A stretch of DNA of 64,000 bases from Macrostomum lignano (taxonomy: Eukaryota), in the NCBI GenBank assembly GCA_002269645.1, contig NIVC01002858.1, positions 1 through 64,000 of the forward strand, written 5' to 3'. Within the stretch, counting starts at the first letter, position 1. The number at the start of each line of letters is the position of its first letter. Below, piece by piece: positions 18,001 to 31,166 of the stretch. The notes beneath the pieces are model-generated. The model saw nothing but the letters and a program-made list of their open reading frames with translations, did not search any database and was not told the origin of the DNA. Made by a program: the position numbers and the translations under genes.

Positions 18001-18778
18001 TGGTCTCCCATGAAGCGCGCAGCGGAAGTGGCATTTTGACTTCTTACCTGCGTAATTGGCTTGCTCAGGTATTTCGGCAAGCCTTCAAATTGAGATGGAA
18101 CTGCATCGTCTTTGAGTCGAATCAGATGCAGCTTTGAATCAGATGCAGAAAAGCGTCGTTTCTTCCGGCGTTGATTCGCATCCGATGAACTCTTCACGAA
18201 ATCTGATTCAGTGAAATGCTTCGAGCAGACGCGTTGAAATTCGGAAGCATTTAAATCAGCATTTGGAATGGCGCGAAGCCAGCGCTGTCGCAAGTTGGTG
18301 TCTTTAGGAAAAGCATAATAGCTCACATTTTCTGTCTTCTGCGACGCGTAGCCAGATTTGCAGCCAAATACACAGCACTTGTAACCCATTATGATGCTTG
18401 CAAATGAGAGGATATTCAGTTTGATTATGAACACACGAAAGCTTACTTAAATGCAGCTCGATAGGGGCATAAGAGTTATGTGTGCATTCAACAGTGCGTC
18501 ATCATGTTTAGAATTCGTACACTCATGTACAATGCGCTCCTTTCATATTGAATCAGTCTTTATTTGGACAGTGATTTTCTCTGCACTCTCTATCCTCTCA
18601 GTCCACTCAACCCCTTCTCTATCCTTCGTTCCTCCCTTTTTCGAGTCGCTTTACTAGCCCCTGCAAGAAAATGTTTTTCCTCTTTGTCCTCTCTCCCAAA
18701 AAAGTTATCGGCCTGGGTTGGACCGGCCTGGAGGGCCTGAATATTGCAGTGTCACTTCCAGGTCTTTAGGATTCCCTG
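15083..18778 (-). mobile_element. P-superfamily (THAP) DNA transposon, apparently complete
   Basis: Perfect 32-bp TIRs CAGGGAATCCTAAAGACCTGGAAGTGACACTG (15083-15114 and 18747-18778), TSD CCCTGTC (15076-15082 and 18779-18785), and a subterminal inverted motif CGGTCCAAC(T/C)CAGGCCGAT. Confidence 0.92.
15507..18389 (-). CDS. THAP-domain P-element-like transposase (960 aa from MGYK)
   Basis: THAP zinc finger (CCVFGC, FP....RQRW, VCSKHF) and catalytic-type motifs LIIDE, SCDN, DTTHNIKN and SDPLERQFG..RQ..G; uninterrupted ORF. Confidence 0.92.
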   Translation of the reverse strand: MGYKCCVFGCKSGYASQKTENVSYYAFPKDTNLRQRWLRAIPNADLNASEFQRVCSKHFTESDFVKSSSDANQRRKKRRFSASDSKLHLIRLKDDAVPSQFEGLPKYLSKPITQVRSQNATSAARFMGDQVRLDEEISDFFGSDELCDFSDLIQKLEQATIPSGFVRSKEADSVSFYLITRSDSISAPCLLASMTVLQDLTFQVFISGLSCSDSMFKHLLKDDSLHVRQLSTLENMLALIKSSATVAVDSRNSNVSSAFVEGVLKVYLESLSDDSELSSNVNFLAEQFSLIHQKVSARRYSPSTTVFAYLIFSTSRAAYKAILENGALCLPSVRSLVRLNAVLSKEPGVVEEMYLQLRTESLSSREKHVVLIIDEVATAKRIEFNCDSAYGLASDGKMTSSILAFLIKSVGASYQDVVGLFPVNCLTALDLCNMAKEVIAAVTKSGFEIVALSCDNSSVNRKFYSMSAVPEHGLSMRHPCDDQKEIFLLMDTTHNIKNVYNNFQRRGVFHCPAFDNCSNFVARFSDVEAIFEIERGQSSKIAFRLSEKVLRPLNVERTSASLAAAVFDDTTVSALRLYSSTKSTEVDTSTFNSTANFLSMIRKLWAILNVRTPFAGQQLRRPESEPLTNMQDWQLQYLADFVGFLKKWRAVSTGADGLTNETFGSLIQTCSAIPLLCAKLFSTGHFDYILLGKLLSDPLERQFGKYRQMSGGLYFISAKQVVQSENKLRMTSLLKHSEIDLLRLKKSFMKDVEQEDTDVSLRAAEIFADVSDEPCMTLRSNEMGCLNVMFYIAGYLSKSISKGCADCREFLVSEDKVPPMEVTLDDAPNRDFLVRQSSRGGLCCPSDSAFVLCMTAFNSFELIKGSKQLLQKLLSFKPHQTFASVVIVKTQNCAKFSARRFRCSNHSLRQVIRQFSFRLLNCFLKNLSSEANRPSVVGKRKSGEQKRTEDCSRKLAKLNP

Positions 18779-19306
18779 CCCTGTCACAGGAGGTTGCTCC
18801 GTTGTCCTAGAAAGGGTCACAGGCGCCAAAAGGTGCTACAAGCGCTAAAAATGGCATTCATCGCATAGGTTCTAACCTGATGCGGCGCCAGGCGCCCCTG
18901 CCTGACAAAAGGCGGCACCCTCACATTTAATTCTCAGCCCCTATGCAAAAACCCTGGATCTGCCGCTGCTGAAAGATACAATTTCAGTACAATTTTGCTT
19001 GTCCAATGTCCAATGTTCAACTGACCAGGTGGTGAGGCCTTATTCCGGGGGCTGCTTCATTTTAATTGGTTGACTGAGGAGTGAAGACTGATGGAAATAT
19101 ACTTAAAAGCCAATATGCAAGTGGTAAATGAGTAAAAAGAAAACTGTTTGTATATTTTGCTTCAGCTAGCTGACTTAATCATATTGACTTCATCTTTTGT
19201 CGTTAGAATATTCTCATCAAATCTAGTTTAAGTGCTTTAGCCTTAGGTGTCATCCTAGCTCCATTTTATTTCATAGAATTAAGAATAGCCAGCTAATCAT
19301 CCGAAA

Positions 19307-21473
19307 ATGTCCCATTTGGAGAAAAAATTTGTGCTGGTCATTTTTGACGATGGCAGCATAGAGCTGACTTTAAACACGTGGTTCGAAAACCCAAATCTTG
19401 TTCGCTGGCCACCAGTATCGGACTATAAGCAAGCCATAAATGGCAGGAAGATGCCGAGTGACAAGTGGTCATTCGAGACAGTGGATATAGTTGGATCTCG
19501 GGGTAAGAAAATTCAATTGAATAGTTAATATTATAAGTATTATTTTCAATATTTGAGGAATTAAATTGCAGTTTTTAAACGTCTGCGTTTAGCTTTAACG
19601 TTAACTTTTTGAATATACAATACCCAATCCCAATTCTAAGACACATAAAGCATGTGTCTTAATACGCGGGCGTGAATTATCACAATACATTATATCAAAT
19701 CAAAATGAATGAAGGCTAAAGTGCCAAATAAAATCATTTCTCTTTGATCTTCACTGCTGCAGACTCTCTGAAGGAAGCTGTTGAATTTCGAAAGCGATTC
19801 GCAAGGAGAGGCACTATAGAGACTAGTGACTCTGATGCTCCGCGGTCTCGGCAGCCGGTAACACGCTTCATCGATGAGACAGACGGACGGGTCATGGGGC
19901 CTGATGACACGACTCGAAGTCGCAGGAAACAACAGCAAAAGGAAAGCTCTCCACCACCGATTCTGCCAATCAGAAATTCACCACCGCCAGAGATGCCAGT
20001 GCAATCGCAAACTCCCCAGTCGACAGGAGCGGCAGCAGCGGCTGATCATTCCAGCATGTTGGCGGCTACTGAGACCGACATTTTCGGCACGCCTACACTG
20101 ACTGTCGCATCAACACCGGCAGCTCATAACAGGGAGCCCAACGTTCTTGCGTTCGGACAAGGGCAGCCAAACGATAGCGTCTCTGCGTCTAACTTGTGCG
20201 CTAAAGTAGAGAAGCTCACAGCAGCTGTTGAGCGGCTTGAGAGTGAGTACATGTGAATTTAGCATAAAATTAAAGTCCCTAAGCCTAATTACTCAATTGA
20301 AAGAGAAAACAAATTCTTGATTAAAAAGAAAAATGCCCCCCGCTTAGAAAAATCTAGCTCTGCAACCCCTGAATCGAAGTAAATATATACTCGTACTTTC
20401 TTACTTGATTTCGACTTCTTATGCTGAACTGAAATAATGCAATTATGCTACTAATTCTATATAATATACTGTATCATTTTATTGCGCAGATGTAGTTCGG
20501 GCTCAGCATACATCAGTGAAAGCTGCATTAACTGATCTGCAGAACAAGATAATGGCTCGTCCAACTAATCTACACGAGAACGACGCTGACAGCTGTGACT
20601 ACCGTCAGCTATTTGAAGCATTGCCATTCAGTGACTTTGCGGCCCTTGAGAGCTGGATTTCGGCCGTGAAGGGAGATAAGAAGGCCGAAAAAGCCACAGT
20701 GAGTGAACGAAGGACGTCACTCGATGTCGATACTTATTACTGATTTAAAGTAGTTATGATAGGAGTAACGCTAATAACAGAGAACAGTCTTACATTTATA
20801 CTGCGAAAAATAATTTATATAGGCCCTGAATTAGATACTACGCACTGCACACATGTAATAAAAGTCAGTATAATCAGCGGATAATTCCCCATCGTCCATT
20901 TTCAGATTGTTCAATTTCGCTCTCTGGGGGGCAGGAGGCTAAATCACCTGATTTCCAACATTCTGCGACAGCTCATGACGGATGACCTTGCAGCACAGTT
21001 TAGCCTGCGAGGGGCTACTCGCCGAGGAGCCGCAAAGAGAAGCTTCGACTCTCTTGGTCTATTTCCTATTATCCGTGGTAAGTAAGATTCCTGTAAATCA
21101 GTTTGGTGCAATTTGCAACGTTATATAGTGTATTAAATCGAATCGACAGAGCTGAGTTAAATATGATCAGCCTTCCACAGTTGTATGCCTCAAAGGTACT
21201 GCTTAAAATATATTTCAAAATTTTGTGTTTTTAGCTGCAGCTTCTGGCGTCTTCCGTGACTGCACAAAAATAACGGCCGAAGCCGCAGTTGGCGAGCATC
21301 TAAGGCACGCAGGCACTCGAATCAGAAAGCAGAGCGAAAGGTTGCTGCTTGTTGGAAACCAGACTGGTTCCGCAGCTGCTGAAGGTTCGACAATTTCGAG
21401 TGATTCTGCTGAGGACGGTGACGCGGACACCGAGGAGGATGGGGATCTTCTATGTGAAATGTATGCAGACTAA
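19307..21473 (+). CDS. Multi-exon DUF4806-like accessory gene, typical partner of animal CMC/EnSpm transposases
   Basis: N-terminal FVLVIFDD...W....WPP......P...W pattern; C-terminal SLGG...I.NILRQLMTDDLAAQFSLRG...K..F and HLRHAG.R. GT-AG exons at about 19307-19501, 19763-20242, 20490-20698, 20907-21077 and 21236-21473. Confidence 0.7.
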
Positions 21474-23630
21474 GCCAGTTATATAACATAAACAACATCC
21501 ACCATCCGTATCAAATAGCTTGTAAAGTATATTGTACTTGCTATGCTCATACAAAAATTATCTATTTAACCATATTAATTCTTCCATCAGAAATGGTCAG
21601 AAACTCAAATTTTTACTGGACGACAAAAACAATTAAACTCTTAACTACTTTTAGTAAGCATGTTTGCAAGCACTACTTTCCCATATGAGCTTATTTTAGC
21701 TACTGCAAAAATTCGGTCAACTAATTAACGAAGTTCAATTTTACGGGCCCACCTGCGTAAGAGCGCATCTTTCTATATAAGTGTTCATGCAGTCTTTTAA
21801 TCTTTCCTACTAAAGTATGCTAGCTTTTAATAAATTATACTTCAAAACATATTAACCAAATTTATACAGGCCGAGTTTCGTTTTATAACATCTATTATCG
21901 ACGTAACCATAAGTTTACTACGCCACTTTAAATAAATGAAATTACAATCAATCTCTTTTGCTAAAAATAAAAGAAAAAGACTCTTTTGTTAATTATTTTC
22001 TGAAACTATAGAGCTATGTCTATAAGTAGTCAGTGGGGCATGTAGCAAAAAGGTTGGTAGACGGTTATTTTTTAATCTAATCCCAACGTTGGCCACCAAC
22101 GTTTAAAAATCTTAAAAAGGCGGGCCAAAAACGACGTTATTTCAACATCCAATAGCAACCTTTTATCAACAATTGAAAAAACATTGTATCAATGTTAATG
22201 GCAGCCCGGGATATAGGCACAGGACACATGCAATTGTACGTAGAATAAGAAAGTGACATAGAATCCTAATTTTCTGAACAAAAAAGCTTAATGAATACCG
22301 ATAGAGCTTATAAGAAGAAAGGCACACAACAATATCAAAAGATGAACACTGGGTCTGCCTCCTATCGAAAGCAATAACGATTTTTGTGTTGAAAAATAAA
22401 CACTTCCTATCTCCGTAGTGTGTTTTTCGGCAAAAAGTGGCCTTCAAAACATATTCCATAGATTTCAAGTGTTGCATCCTTCTACTTTAGTTTTGCTTTA
22501 TTTTTCTTTGCCTTTTGGCGGAAAAGTTTATATTATTTTTGTGCGTACGTTGAAGAGGGTAGAATTCTAGTATAGTACAGTATAGGAGTGTACACGATTT
22601 CAAGGTACGTGTAATTGAGGCGTCGATTTCTCCAATTAATTCCAGTTAATTCATAACCAATTAGTTCACATGGAGGAGTCGCTAATTGACCGATTAGCTA
22701 ATCGTGCAAGGGGGATCTATCGACACACGTAGCCGCGTAAAAAAGAATCGTATTATCGTTACAGACTACTATTGTAGACAGCAAGTACAGTATATGCATA
22801 GAAAAGGTGGGATAAAAAAGTTTCTGCAGCTTATCGCTCTGACAGCTGTGCTCTCATAATGGTCTTAGTCTGGTTGTTGGTCTTGATCAATTAGAAAATA
22901 GTCTTCATGATCCAAGCCTAGCTGCTGCACGGGCTGGTCACCTTTGGCTGATAATCTCACTAATTCAATGTCTAATCTCACTAATTCTCACTAATTAAAT
23001 TTCTATCTATGCCAAATCTCATCGATCAAATGTCTAGTCTCCCTCATTCACTATATGGCCCCATTCTGTAGTTTTAATATGGTCATAATCTTCCCCGTTA
23101 TTAAACATCCACTATTGTCCTTTCGTATAGAGGATAGATTAATTCTAATCTCTCGGTACCACAGGCTTCATAATACGGACGCAACATCAAAGGTGCTAGC
23201 ATCTTTTACAGTGGGCTAATATTGTTAGTTCTAGTGGACAATTAACTAAGCGGACGACGGTTGCTATGGAAACGGCTAATGGATGCTTAGAAACCGTTAT
23301 AGCTAAGAACATGATGTACTTTCTAACTAACTGTTAATTCTAATTTTTGTTAATTATCATTGTCTCCCTGTCAGATCTGAGAGCTTCCAAACCAATCGGA
23401 AATTATGAAAAAAGTAATAAAAACCGGTGTGACGATTGTATGCATAAATTGAATAGTCTAAGTTAAACATAATTTCCTGTCATAAAAACCTGAACAATCA
23501 TTGACCATCACTGACAAAATCATTTTGTTTCTATCAGGCTTGCCAAGATTTTGATAAGTCTATAAAGTCTTTGACAGGATTGTTAAGCTATTGACAAAAT
23601 TATAAAAATTCTGACATGATGATTAAGCAT

Positions 23631-23998
23631 CTGACCAGATCTCCAAGCTTCTGACCAAAACATCAAGCTTCTGACTAAAACATCAAGCTTCTGACCAGAT
23701 CTCCAAGCACTGACCAGAACACCAAGCTTCTGACCAGAACACCAAGCTCCTGACCAGAACATCAAGCTCCTGACCAGAACATCAAGCTTCTGACCAGAAC
23801 ATCAAGCTTCTGACCAGAACACCAAGCTTCTGACCAGAACATCAAGCTCCTGACCAGAACATCAAGCTTCTGACCAGAACATCAAGCTTCTGACCAGAAC
23901 ACTAAGCTTCTGACCAGAACATCAAGCTTCTGACCAGAACACCAAGCTTCTGACCAGAACACCAAGCTTCTGACCAGAACACCACGCTTCTGACCAGA
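23631..23998. repeat. 20-bp minisatellite (CTGACCAGAACATCAAGCTT), about 18 copies
   Basis: Direct inspection. Confidence 0.95.
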
Positions 23999-24758
23999 GC
24001 AAAAAACCTACCGACTAAGACGAAAATGTCATCTCATCGGACCAGACATTTCACCGCCTAATGAATTGGTCAAGTGGTCAACAGCAGCAGCAACAGCAGC
24101 AGCAGCAGAAAGGAATGGAATTTCCACTTGTTTTGTTTACAGTGCGATTTTCTGTTTTAAAAAACACATCTGTTTGCTTTTTTGGAAGCCATATTTTTAC
24201 GTTTCCCTTTTCCACAAGGTAGGCTATGGGCAATTTTACGAGCAAAGTCATAAACTAAAAGAAATTATTGACAGGCGTCTGGGAAGAGAGTGCGGATGCT
24301 GCAGAAGCCCCCCTCCCCCGACCCGATGTAGCAGAGCCCTATTTTACTCCTCTGTCCCACAGCTGCCACAAGCGAGTTTGGTTTCTTTTTGACATCAATT
24401 CTTGCGACAGTTTGTTTACACTTTGGTGGTTTCGCCGTTAAAATCCATTCAGGAAGCTGGCGAGTGCCCAACGCGAGTTCAGGTTTTGAAAATAAAATCA
24501 TCAAGAAAAATAAGCTCTATATATTGAAGCTGCCGATTTTAAAAGGCTTCAAAACTTTTTGAAATTCGAGAATAGGCGGGGACATGGGATATGTTGGGGA
24601 TTCGGACCGATATGATGCAATCAGGCTTTTCCCTACTAGCGGGGACTTGGGATGGAAAGCTGATGAAGCCCCGGCTTTATGCATATGCGCTTCTGGGACG
24701 TCTGGAATACGTATAGGCCTGGACTAGAGAAGCCTTATACAGTATACGGCGTCAAAAA

Positions 24759-25140
24759 GGCGCTAAACTCTTCATTAGGGCGTTAAAAGTAGCGCTAAAA
24801 TATTCCATACGCGCGCTAAAAGTAGCGATAATTAAAATCTTCCACACAGGCGCTAAAAGTGGCGCTAAAATCTTCCACACAGGCGCTAAAAGTGGCGCTA
24901 AAATCTTCCACACGGGCGTAAAAGTGGCGCTAAAATCTTCCACACGGGCGTAAAAGTGGCGCTAAAATCTTCCACACGGCGCTAAAATGTTCCACATGGC
25001 GCTAAAATTGGCGCTAAAATCTTCCACACGGCGCTAAAAGTGGCGCTAAAATCTCCCACATGGCGCTAAAAGTGGCGCTAAAATGTTCCACACGGCGCTA
25101 AAAAAGTGGCGCTACAATCTTCGATATACGGCGCTAAAAA
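24759..25140. repeat. About 32-33-bp minisatellite built from GGCGCTAAAA subunits
   Basis: Repeated GGCGCTAAAAGTGGCGCTAAAATCTTCCACAC. Confidence 0.9.
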
Positions 25141-26785
25141 TTCTTTAATCGTCTGTATTGAACCTTCTCTTTGCAAACTGGTTTTCTAATCCAAATCTAG
25201 GCACAGTAGTCCCTGTCTTTTTATATCTCTCGACACCATCTATCATTTTTTCTCTGACGGTCACAAAAATGATTCCACTGTATATATACACATACACAAC
25301 TAGTTACATATTTTTTCTTGTTATCGCTTTGCTTCTGCTTCTAAAAGCAGCCCAATGTTGCCTGTTTCGCCCCCATGGGGCTCAACCTGCAGCTTTGCTT
25401 ATCAGCCAGTAGAACCGTTTTTAGTTCCTTCCTTGTACAGAATCTGTTTTAAGCTTGACACGCCGTCAATTTTCTTCTGGAAGAAGAAGCTTCAAACGAT
25501 AAGAAATCCCATCTTGCTGTGTTGCAGACAGGCCTAATTATTATGCTAGCTAGTTATCTACAGGTAGGTAGGTAGGTACGTTTGCGGAAATTTTAAAAGT
25601 TTTTTTCCCAGTTGTCGTTGTTTATCAGTAAACGTTAAAAAAACGATTTTATGTCTGAACTCTGAATGACTGATACGTCCAACTTGATTGATTTGTTTAA
25701 GTCAGCCGGTTGGGAGAAATTGAGAAAAGTAAAGAGAGAAGATAATCAGAAGAGAGAGATAGGGTGAGAAATGGAGTGAGAGAGAGAGAGAGAGAAGAGA
25801 GGTCACGGCGTGTTAAATTATTTAATTGAAAGTAGGCTATCGGTTTCAAGCCTCTGGGCTCTTCGTCAGGCCAAAAAGCTGTGTGTAGTGCAATGCAAGT
25901 TGGTCTTTTAAGTATTATTTTTCTTAGTCTGATAAAACTGATGAGAAGTTGTACATATGAGGGATGTACATTTAAAACCCTGTTTTGTCTAGCTCTAACT
26001 TGACCCAGAGGCTTTCCACCATTAATTTTAATCGACAGTATATTTATTATTATATAAAAATTGTGAGTGAGTGAGGGAGAGAGAGAGAGAGAGAGAGAGT
26101 GTGTGTGAGAGATCCAGAGAGGGAGATGCAGAGGCAGAGAGGCTTATACTGAGTGAAGTCGCAAACCGGGCAGCTAACTAATTAAGCCTTGTAATCAATG
26201 CATCATTACGCAGTAAATGACGAGTAAACATCACCCAATTAGCTTGTATTTCAGACATTATCTACCCACCATATGGACAACTATCGCATACATGCGCAAG
26301 GATCATAGATTAGCACAAATACTACTAGCCTATCGTTGCAACAGGTGCCCCCACATGTCCTCCAAGCTGGTTGCCATCGCTAGTTGCACGCGCACACATG
26401 AAACAGGGTGTGGACAGGTAGATAAGTTATAGCACTGCACAAAGACCTTAAATCGATGGACGGGGCTTCGGGGGTGAAGTGAATCTGTTTATACTTCAGT
26501 GTAAACAAAGGATGCCACGCCCAGAACATATACACTCTTAATAAGGAAGCATTGGAATACAAAGACCAGGACAAAGACCATAGGGCACTGTGCTGCATTG
26601 CAACCTATCAGCTTTAACAGATCGGTGTCTGAATGTTAAACACCCAGGAGATCGCAAATCTCTTATCAATGAAAATGAATTGCATAATAATGATAAACAT
26701 TGCCGAAATGTGTTATGCTACGAGATTATTGAATCATTGTTTTGATTCATTTAGTTTTGCTCCAAGAAAGTTGGCACAAGATGTT

Positions 26786-27166
26786 CAGATCCAATATAAG
26801 TATGATACACTCCTCCGATCCAATATGACACCCTCCTCAGATCCAATATGACAGCCTCCTCAGATCCAAAATGACAGCCTCCTCAGATCCAATATGACAC
26901 CCTCCTCAGATCCAATATGACAGCCTCCTCAGATCCAATATGACACCCTCCTCAGATCCAATATGACACCCTCCTCAGATCCAATATGACACCCTCTTCA
27001 GATCCAATATGACACCCTCCTCAGATCCAATATGACACCCTCCTCAGATCCAATATGACACCCTCCTCAGATCCAATATGACACCCTCCTCAGATCCAAT
27101 ATGACACCCTCCTCAGATCCAATATGACACCCTCCTCAGATCCAATATGACACCCTCCTCAGATCC
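26786..27166. repeat. 23-bp minisatellite (CAGATCCAATATGACACCCTCCT), about 16 copies
   Basis: Direct inspection. Confidence 0.95.
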
Positions 27167-27734
27167 ACAGACTTGGCTGCGAAGTTTACAAAAGCACCTG
27201 TTTATGGCTCAAACCGGTATTATATATGCGCAATAAAGACGAACATTTCTTTTTTCTTGAACGTCTTCAAAATGCAACTTTGGGTGCAGGCGAACTTCAC
27301 CCGTGTATAAGAAAATATTGACTGGGACAGAGAAAAAATTTCAGCAGACTAATTATTAATTTATTTTAGACTAGATACGGGAGACAGAGACGACGAGAGA
27401 ATACATCTGCCAATTTCAAAAATTATCCGACCCTGAATTCGGATAGTTGTAGCCCCAAAAAATCGTTAAATTTTTCTTTCTTTCACGAGCAGCTGAAATC
27501 TATTAAAATTTTCAACAGCTTGGGTTGTTATCGACAGGCATGGTTAGTGCCGGCTGTTTTCAATATTTTTGTTGATAAATTGTTCCGATTCTAAGAAACA
27601 GTCAGTTTGAAATTGTGCAGCTTGACTTACTTATCTTACTGAGAGGCACCCGACTTTTCTTGCATACTAAGTCGGTATAAGAATGAGGCAATGCGTTCTA
27701 ATCAAGATACAAATCAAATCATTAACAGGTAGAA

Positions 27735-28271
27735 TAAACAGACTCATACAACTGGGATAAACAGACTCATACAAATGAAATAAACAGACTGATACAACTG
27801 GGAAAAACAGACTCAAACAACTGAGATAAACAGACTCATACAAATGGGATAAACAGACTCATACAACTGGGATAAACAGACTCATACAACTGGGATAAAC
27901 AGACTCAAACAACTGAGATAAACAGACTCATACAACTGAGATAAACAGACTCAAACAACTGGGATAAACAGACTCATACAACTGGGATAAACAGACTCAT
28001 ACAACTGAGATAAACAGACTCATACAACTGAGATAAACGACTCAAACAACTGAGATAAACAGGCTCATACAAATGAAATAAACAGACTCATACAACTGGG
28101 ATAAACAGGCTCATACAACTGGGATAAACAGGCTCATACAACTGTATTCTGATCCCAGTCATCCCAGTTGTATGACTCATACAACTGGGATAAACAGACT
28201 CAAACAACAGGCAGAAACAGACTCATACAAGAGACAGAAACAGACTCATGCAAGAGACAGAAACAGACTCC
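27735..28271. repeat. 23-bp minisatellite (AAACAGACTCATACAACTGGGAT)
   Basis: Direct inspection. Confidence 0.95.
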
Positions 28272-28791
28272 CGAAAGTGTCAGTTTTATTTAGACACCTT
28301 GCCTAAAAAGCTCAAACACTACAGTAGCTATCAAAGTTTATTTTGTCTGTCATTCATTACTGAGAAAATCTTCACGGGTTTTGCAACGCAACTATAAGGC
28401 AATGTTTTTTATAATACAAAATACACTCAACGGACTTAAGTAGGGAATTATGTAGCACCGCGGAATCATATATTTAATCGAACACTTGTAGAATTTGACT
28501 GACAGTTTTATTACTGTGTGTTACGTGGTTATGACTGCGGTAAGAGTTTTATTATCAAATATGCATACACAGGCTTTAAGCAAACAGGTTAGAATTTGCT
28601 TTAACAACTTGTCGCATATCTGGGGGATGAGGGGAGGGGTTTATTTAAAGAGGCTGGCTGCCTCATATTCAGGCTCCTGAGAATTTTTAGGATCTGAGTT
28701 GAAGTCTGAAGTCTGTAATGCATGCATCGTCTGTATAGGGATCTCGCTCACCAAACTAGATGGTTCACAATTCTTTTTGAATTGATCCAAC

Positions 28792-29540
28792 TTAGAAAAT
28801 GGCACTGACTTTTAGAAAATGGCACTGACTTTTAGAAAATGGCACTGACGTTTAGAAAATGGAACTGACTTTAGAAAATGGCACTGACTTTTACAAAGGG
28901 GCGCTGACTTTTAGAAAATGGCACTGACTTTTAGAAAATGGCACTGACTTTTAGAAAATGGCACTGACGTTTAGAAAATGGAACTGACTTTAGAAAATGG
29001 CACTGACTTTTACAAAGGGGCGCTGACTTTTAGAAAATGGCACTGACTTTTAGAAAATGGCACTGACTTTTAGAAAATGGCACTGACTTTTAGAAAAAAT
29101 CACTGACTTTTAGAAAAAATCACTGACTTTTAGAAAATGGCACTGACTTTTAGAAAATGGCACTGAGTTTAAAAAAACGGCACTGAGTTTAGAAAATGGC
29201 ACTGACTTTTACAAAGTGGCGCTGAGTTTTAGAAAATGGCACTGACTTTTAGAAAATGACACTGACTTTTAGAAAATGACACTGACTTTTAGAAAATGGC
29301 ACTGACTTTTAGAAAATGGCACTGACTTTTAGAAAATGGCACTGACTTTAAAAAATGGCACTGACGTTTAGAAACTGGAACTGATTTTAGAAAATGGCAC
29401 TGACTTTTACAAAGTGGCGCTGAGTTTTAGAAAATGGCACTGTCTTTTAGAAAATGGCACTGGCTTTTAGAAAATGGCACTGAGTTTTCGAAAATGTCAC
29501 TGAATTTTAGAAAATGGCACTGAGTTTTTGATAATGGCAT
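28792..29540. repeat. 20-bp minisatellite (TAGAAAATGGCACTGACTTT)
   Basis: Direct inspection. Confidence 0.95.
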
Positions 29541-30219
29541 TTCACCACTGAAAAATGAAATTTTCTCGGTTATCGAATGGCGCTACCCACTATTGGAAAA
29601 TGGACCCTGATTCAATTAGACTCAATTAGAAAGTGGCGTTGTCAAGCAACACATGACTCACATTAAAAACAATTTCTTGCCAATCGAAAAAAATTGAATT
29701 AAATTAGCTCAGCAAAGAATTGAGCAGTCAACCCATATGGCCAAATATCATTATTAGATCTCTAGCTGTGACACAGAGCAGACAGGTATTAGATTTTGAT
29801 CTCGAACTGTCAACTATAGTTTTTTCTCAGAGTCAGTCCAGAACCCACTAATTTTCTCTGGTCTTCTGTCTCAGTCAACTCAACCAGCACGCAATCGAAT
29901 GGAGGAGACGCCCCGGAAGAAGCCAGGGAGGTCTAAAAATTAGAATCTGGATTAGAAAAGATCAAAACTATAATGGGTTGGCAAACATTTTTACCTCAGA
30001 AGCCAGATACAGAACCTAGTTAATAACCCCGGGCCAGATGAGAAAGGAAAGGAGGTCTGGAGAGGGGAGAGAGAAGAGGAGAGAGGAGATGAGAGATGAG
30101 AGATGATAGAAAAGAGAGAGAGAGGAGATCAGATGAGTTATGGGATGAGAGAAGAGAAGAGAGAAAAGAGAAGATAGATAAGATGAGAGATGAGGATTGA
30201 TATTTCTGGGCGCTTTCAC

Positions 30220-31166
30220 AAGACCTAAACTTCATAACAGTACAAGACCTAAACTACACATCAGTACAAGACCTAAACTACACATCAGTACAAGACCTAA
30301 ACTACACATCAGTACAAGACCTAAACTTCTCAACAGTACAAGACCTAAACTTCACAACAGTTCAAGACCTAAACTTCACAACAGTTCAAGACCTAAACTT
30401 CACAACAGTACAAGACCTAAACTACACATCAGTACAAGACCTAAACTACACATCAGTACAAGACCTAAACTACACATCAGTACAAGACCTAAACTTCACA
30501 ACAGTTCAAGACCTAAACTTCACAACAGTTCAAGACCTAAACTTCACAACAGTACAAGACCTAAACTACACATCAGTACAAGACCTAAACTTCACAACAG
30601 TACAAGACCTAAACTTCACAACAGTTCAAGACCTAAACTTCACAACAGTTCAAGACCTAAACTTCACAACAGTACAAGACCTAAACTACACATCAGTACA
30701 AGACCTAAACTTCACAACAGTACAAGACCTAAACTTCACAACAGTTCAAGACCTAAACTTCACAACAGTACAAGACCTAAACTTCACAACAGTACAAGAC
30801 CTAAAATTCACAACAGTTCAAGACCTAAACTTCACATCAGTTCAAGACCTAAACTTCACAACAGTTCAAGACCTAAACTTCACAACAGTTCAAGACCTAA
30901 ACTTCACAACAGTTCAAGACCTAAACTTCACAACAGTTCAAGACCTAAACTTCACAACAGTTCAAGACCTAAACTTCACAACAGTTCAAGACCTAAACTT
31001 CACAACAGTTCAAGACCTAAACTTCACAACAGTTCAAGACCTAAACTTCACAACAGTACAAGACCTAAACTTCACAACAGTTCAAGACCTAAACTTCACA
31101 ACAGTTCAAGACCTAAACTTCACAACAGTTCAAGACCTAAACTTCACAACAGTACAAGACCTAAAC
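30220..31166. repeat. 24-bp minisatellite (ACAAGACCTAAACTTCACAACAGT), about 39 copies, preceded by an AG-rich tract at about 30055-30195
   Basis: Direct inspection. Confidence 0.95.

Noticed and set aside
22015-22035. CACTG-type terminus (reverse strand) as the right end of the CMC element; similar string at about 39481-39500
   Set aside because: No matching inverted copy found upstream of the transposase gene.
24066-26851. Short ORFs as exons of a host gene
   Set aside because: No recognisable domains or consistent splice-phase chain could be built by eye.
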